Source of the DNA: a virus
Lineage: Duplodnaviria; Caudoviricetes
Reading direction: 5' to 3' (one strand)
Virus record (IMG/VR): IMGVR_UViG_3300032294_002030
Location: 1-58,046 of that record
DNA: 58,046 bases
A program made the position numbers and the translations under genes. The notes under the pieces are model-generated. The model saw only the letters and a list, made by a program, of their open reading frames with translations. It had not been told where the DNA came from and did not search any database. Shown piece by piece: positions 56,652 through 58,046 of this stretch (positions are counted from its first letter, which is position 1; every line of letters begins with the position of its first letter).

Positions 56652-57436
56652 TGCTATCGGTTATCATCCCGTCGTATAGAAATCCAAAATATTTAGATTT
56701 ATGTTTGAAGTCGCTTGTTGAGGGGCAAGTCAACAAAAATGAAATCATCGTAACTCTTGACGGTTACGTTGACGAAAGTGCATATCTCATGAAAAAGTAT
56801 CCAACGGTATCATGGTTGCCGTTTCAAGAAAATCAAGGATTTCAATCGGCAATCAACTTTGCAGTTTGGAGGACAGCCGGTGAAAAGTTATTCGTGATTA
56901 ACGATGACAACGTATTCCCTCCAGAGTGGGATGTGCGAATTGAAGCACAATATCATCCTAACACGGTGATAACTGTCAATCAAATAGAACCGACTGGCCC
57001 GGGAATGTTTAATTTTCCCGTAGTGGATTGTGGTCAGACGGTAGAAACGTTTGATATGGAAAGATTTATTCAGGCAGATAAAGAATTATCAAGCAACATG
57101 GTCACACCGGATGGAAATATTTTTCCCTTCGTGATCAATAAAAGATGGTTCATGGCAGTAGGTGGATTTGACACATTTTATAATTCGCCAAATTTATGCG
57201 ATTGGGATTTTTTTGCTAAACTAGAATTGATCCCTAGCGTTGGACATGCTCGCATTCATCATGTTCACGTATATCATTTCGGATCAGTCGCGACGAAAAA
57301 GAACGCAGAATCAGAATCGTTTAAATACCGTGAACAATATGCAATGCAGCAGTATACATATAAGTGGAAGATGCATCCGTTCAACGGATTAAATAATACA
57401 AAGTTTCAACCAAACGCACCGGAGTTTTACAAATGA
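56651..57436 (+). CDS. GT2 glycosyltransferase
   Basis: SVIIPSY, INDD, VGGFD, DWDF, YHFGS. Confidence 0.85.
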   Translation: MLSVIIPSYRNPKYLDLCLKSLVEGQVNKNEIIVTLDGYVDESAYLMKKYPTVSWLPFQENQGFQSAINFAVWRTAGEKLFVINDDNVFPPEWDVRIEAQYHPNTVITVNQIEPTGPGMFNFPVVDCGQTVETFDMERFIQADKELSSNMVTPDGNIFPFVINKRWFMAVGGFDTFYNSPNLCDWDFFAKLELIPSVGHARIHHVHVYHFGSVATKKNAESESFKYREQYAMQQYTYKWKMHPFNGLNNTKFQPNAPEFYK

Positions 57437-57789
57437 GTTATGAGTATAAGAATCTAGACATCATTAAACAAATGGAAAGAGACTACCCACAAATGACAGG
57501 GGAGTTTATGTCTATTTGCCGGGAACAATATGAATTGTTTTGTTTAAAGCAGTATAACTACGGTCCTAGTAATATCGCACTCGGTACGCAATTAAATAAG
57601 CCGGAAGAAGTTAAGATGTCATTATCTGGAATATTCTTTCGAATGAACGATAAGATTCAGAGAATCAAGCAGCTTGTTCTCTTGGGAAACAAGGACGCCG
57701 TAGGCGAGACTGTAACTGACACTTTTCAAGACTTATCTGTATACGGAATTATTTCTCAAATCGTGAGCAGAGGAAAGTGGGGGAAATGA
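57433..57789 (+). CDS. DUF1599/Nmad1-like helical protein
   Basis: KQYNYG..N, RMNDKIQR, E...DTFQDLSVY. Confidence 0.7.
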   Translation: MSYEYKNLDIIKQMERDYPQMTGEFMSICREQYELFCLKQYNYGPSNIALGTQLNKPEEVKMSLSGIFFRMNDKIQRIKQLVLLGNKDAVGETVTDTFQDLSVYGIISQIVSRGKWGK

Positions 57790-57793
57790 TTTC

Positions 57794-58042
57794 ATGGAAG
57801 TAAAATATGAAATTTTTAAGCGGATTCCCCCGGGAGACCGGTGGGTAGAAATGGATGAAAATAAAACTTTGATGGGAGACAAGGTGTTTCCTTCACTAAC
57901 GGAAGCATTAGAGCATTATTTTCAAAAAACTAAAGTGCGCCAATACTTTATAGATGCGGCGGCTGGACTTATCTATAAAGTAACAGAAGAAGCTGACCCA
58001 GTTAAACCAGTACCATCATTTTCAATTTATGGGGAATACTAA
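57794..58042 (+). CDS. Hypothetical protein
   Basis: Co-oriented ORF; RIPPGDRW. Confidence 0.6.
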   Translation: MEVKYEIFKRIPPGDRWVEMDENKTLMGDKVFPSLTEALEHYFQKTKVRQYFIDAAAGLIYKVTEEADPVKPVPSFSIYGEY

Positions 58043-58046
58043 TTTA

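Noticed and set aside
1-58046. Stop-codon reassignment, tRNA genes, integrase or transposase
   Set aside because: Conserved genes are intact under code 11 with all three stops used; intergenic gaps are short and I saw no cloverleaf or recombinase motifs

Overview
A 58-kb, almost fully coding, nearly all plus-strand segment of a large tailed dsDNA phage genome (myovirus-like, T4-style replisome, standard genetic code). In order: the 3' end of a mucin-like Thr/Pro/Ser repeat protein; an SNF2/HARP helicase; a tail module (putative chaperone with a likely programmed frameshift, tape measure, baseplate proteins, hub with a lysozyme-like insert); a replication and nucleotide block (a small PolA-like protein, gp32 SSB, RecA/UvsX, 5'-3' exonuclease, DnaB/gp41, class II RNR, thioredoxins, dUTPase, PolB, clamp and clamp loader, ClpP, dCMP deaminase); an accessory ADP-ribose/NAD block (vWA, macrodomain, SLOG-like, NadM-NUDIX, NAMPT); an SPFH lipoprotein and amidase; and a ~14.5-kb glycosylation island. 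Several sigma70-type promoters and a recurring TATTTAT(A) motif are visible. Best leads: a +1/-2 tail-chaperone frameshift, a circularly permuted lytic domain, a thumb-less PolA beside PolB, a structured leader on the NAD operon, and a possible phage-encoded virion protein glycosylation system. All assignments come from motif recognition by eye; no searches were run.
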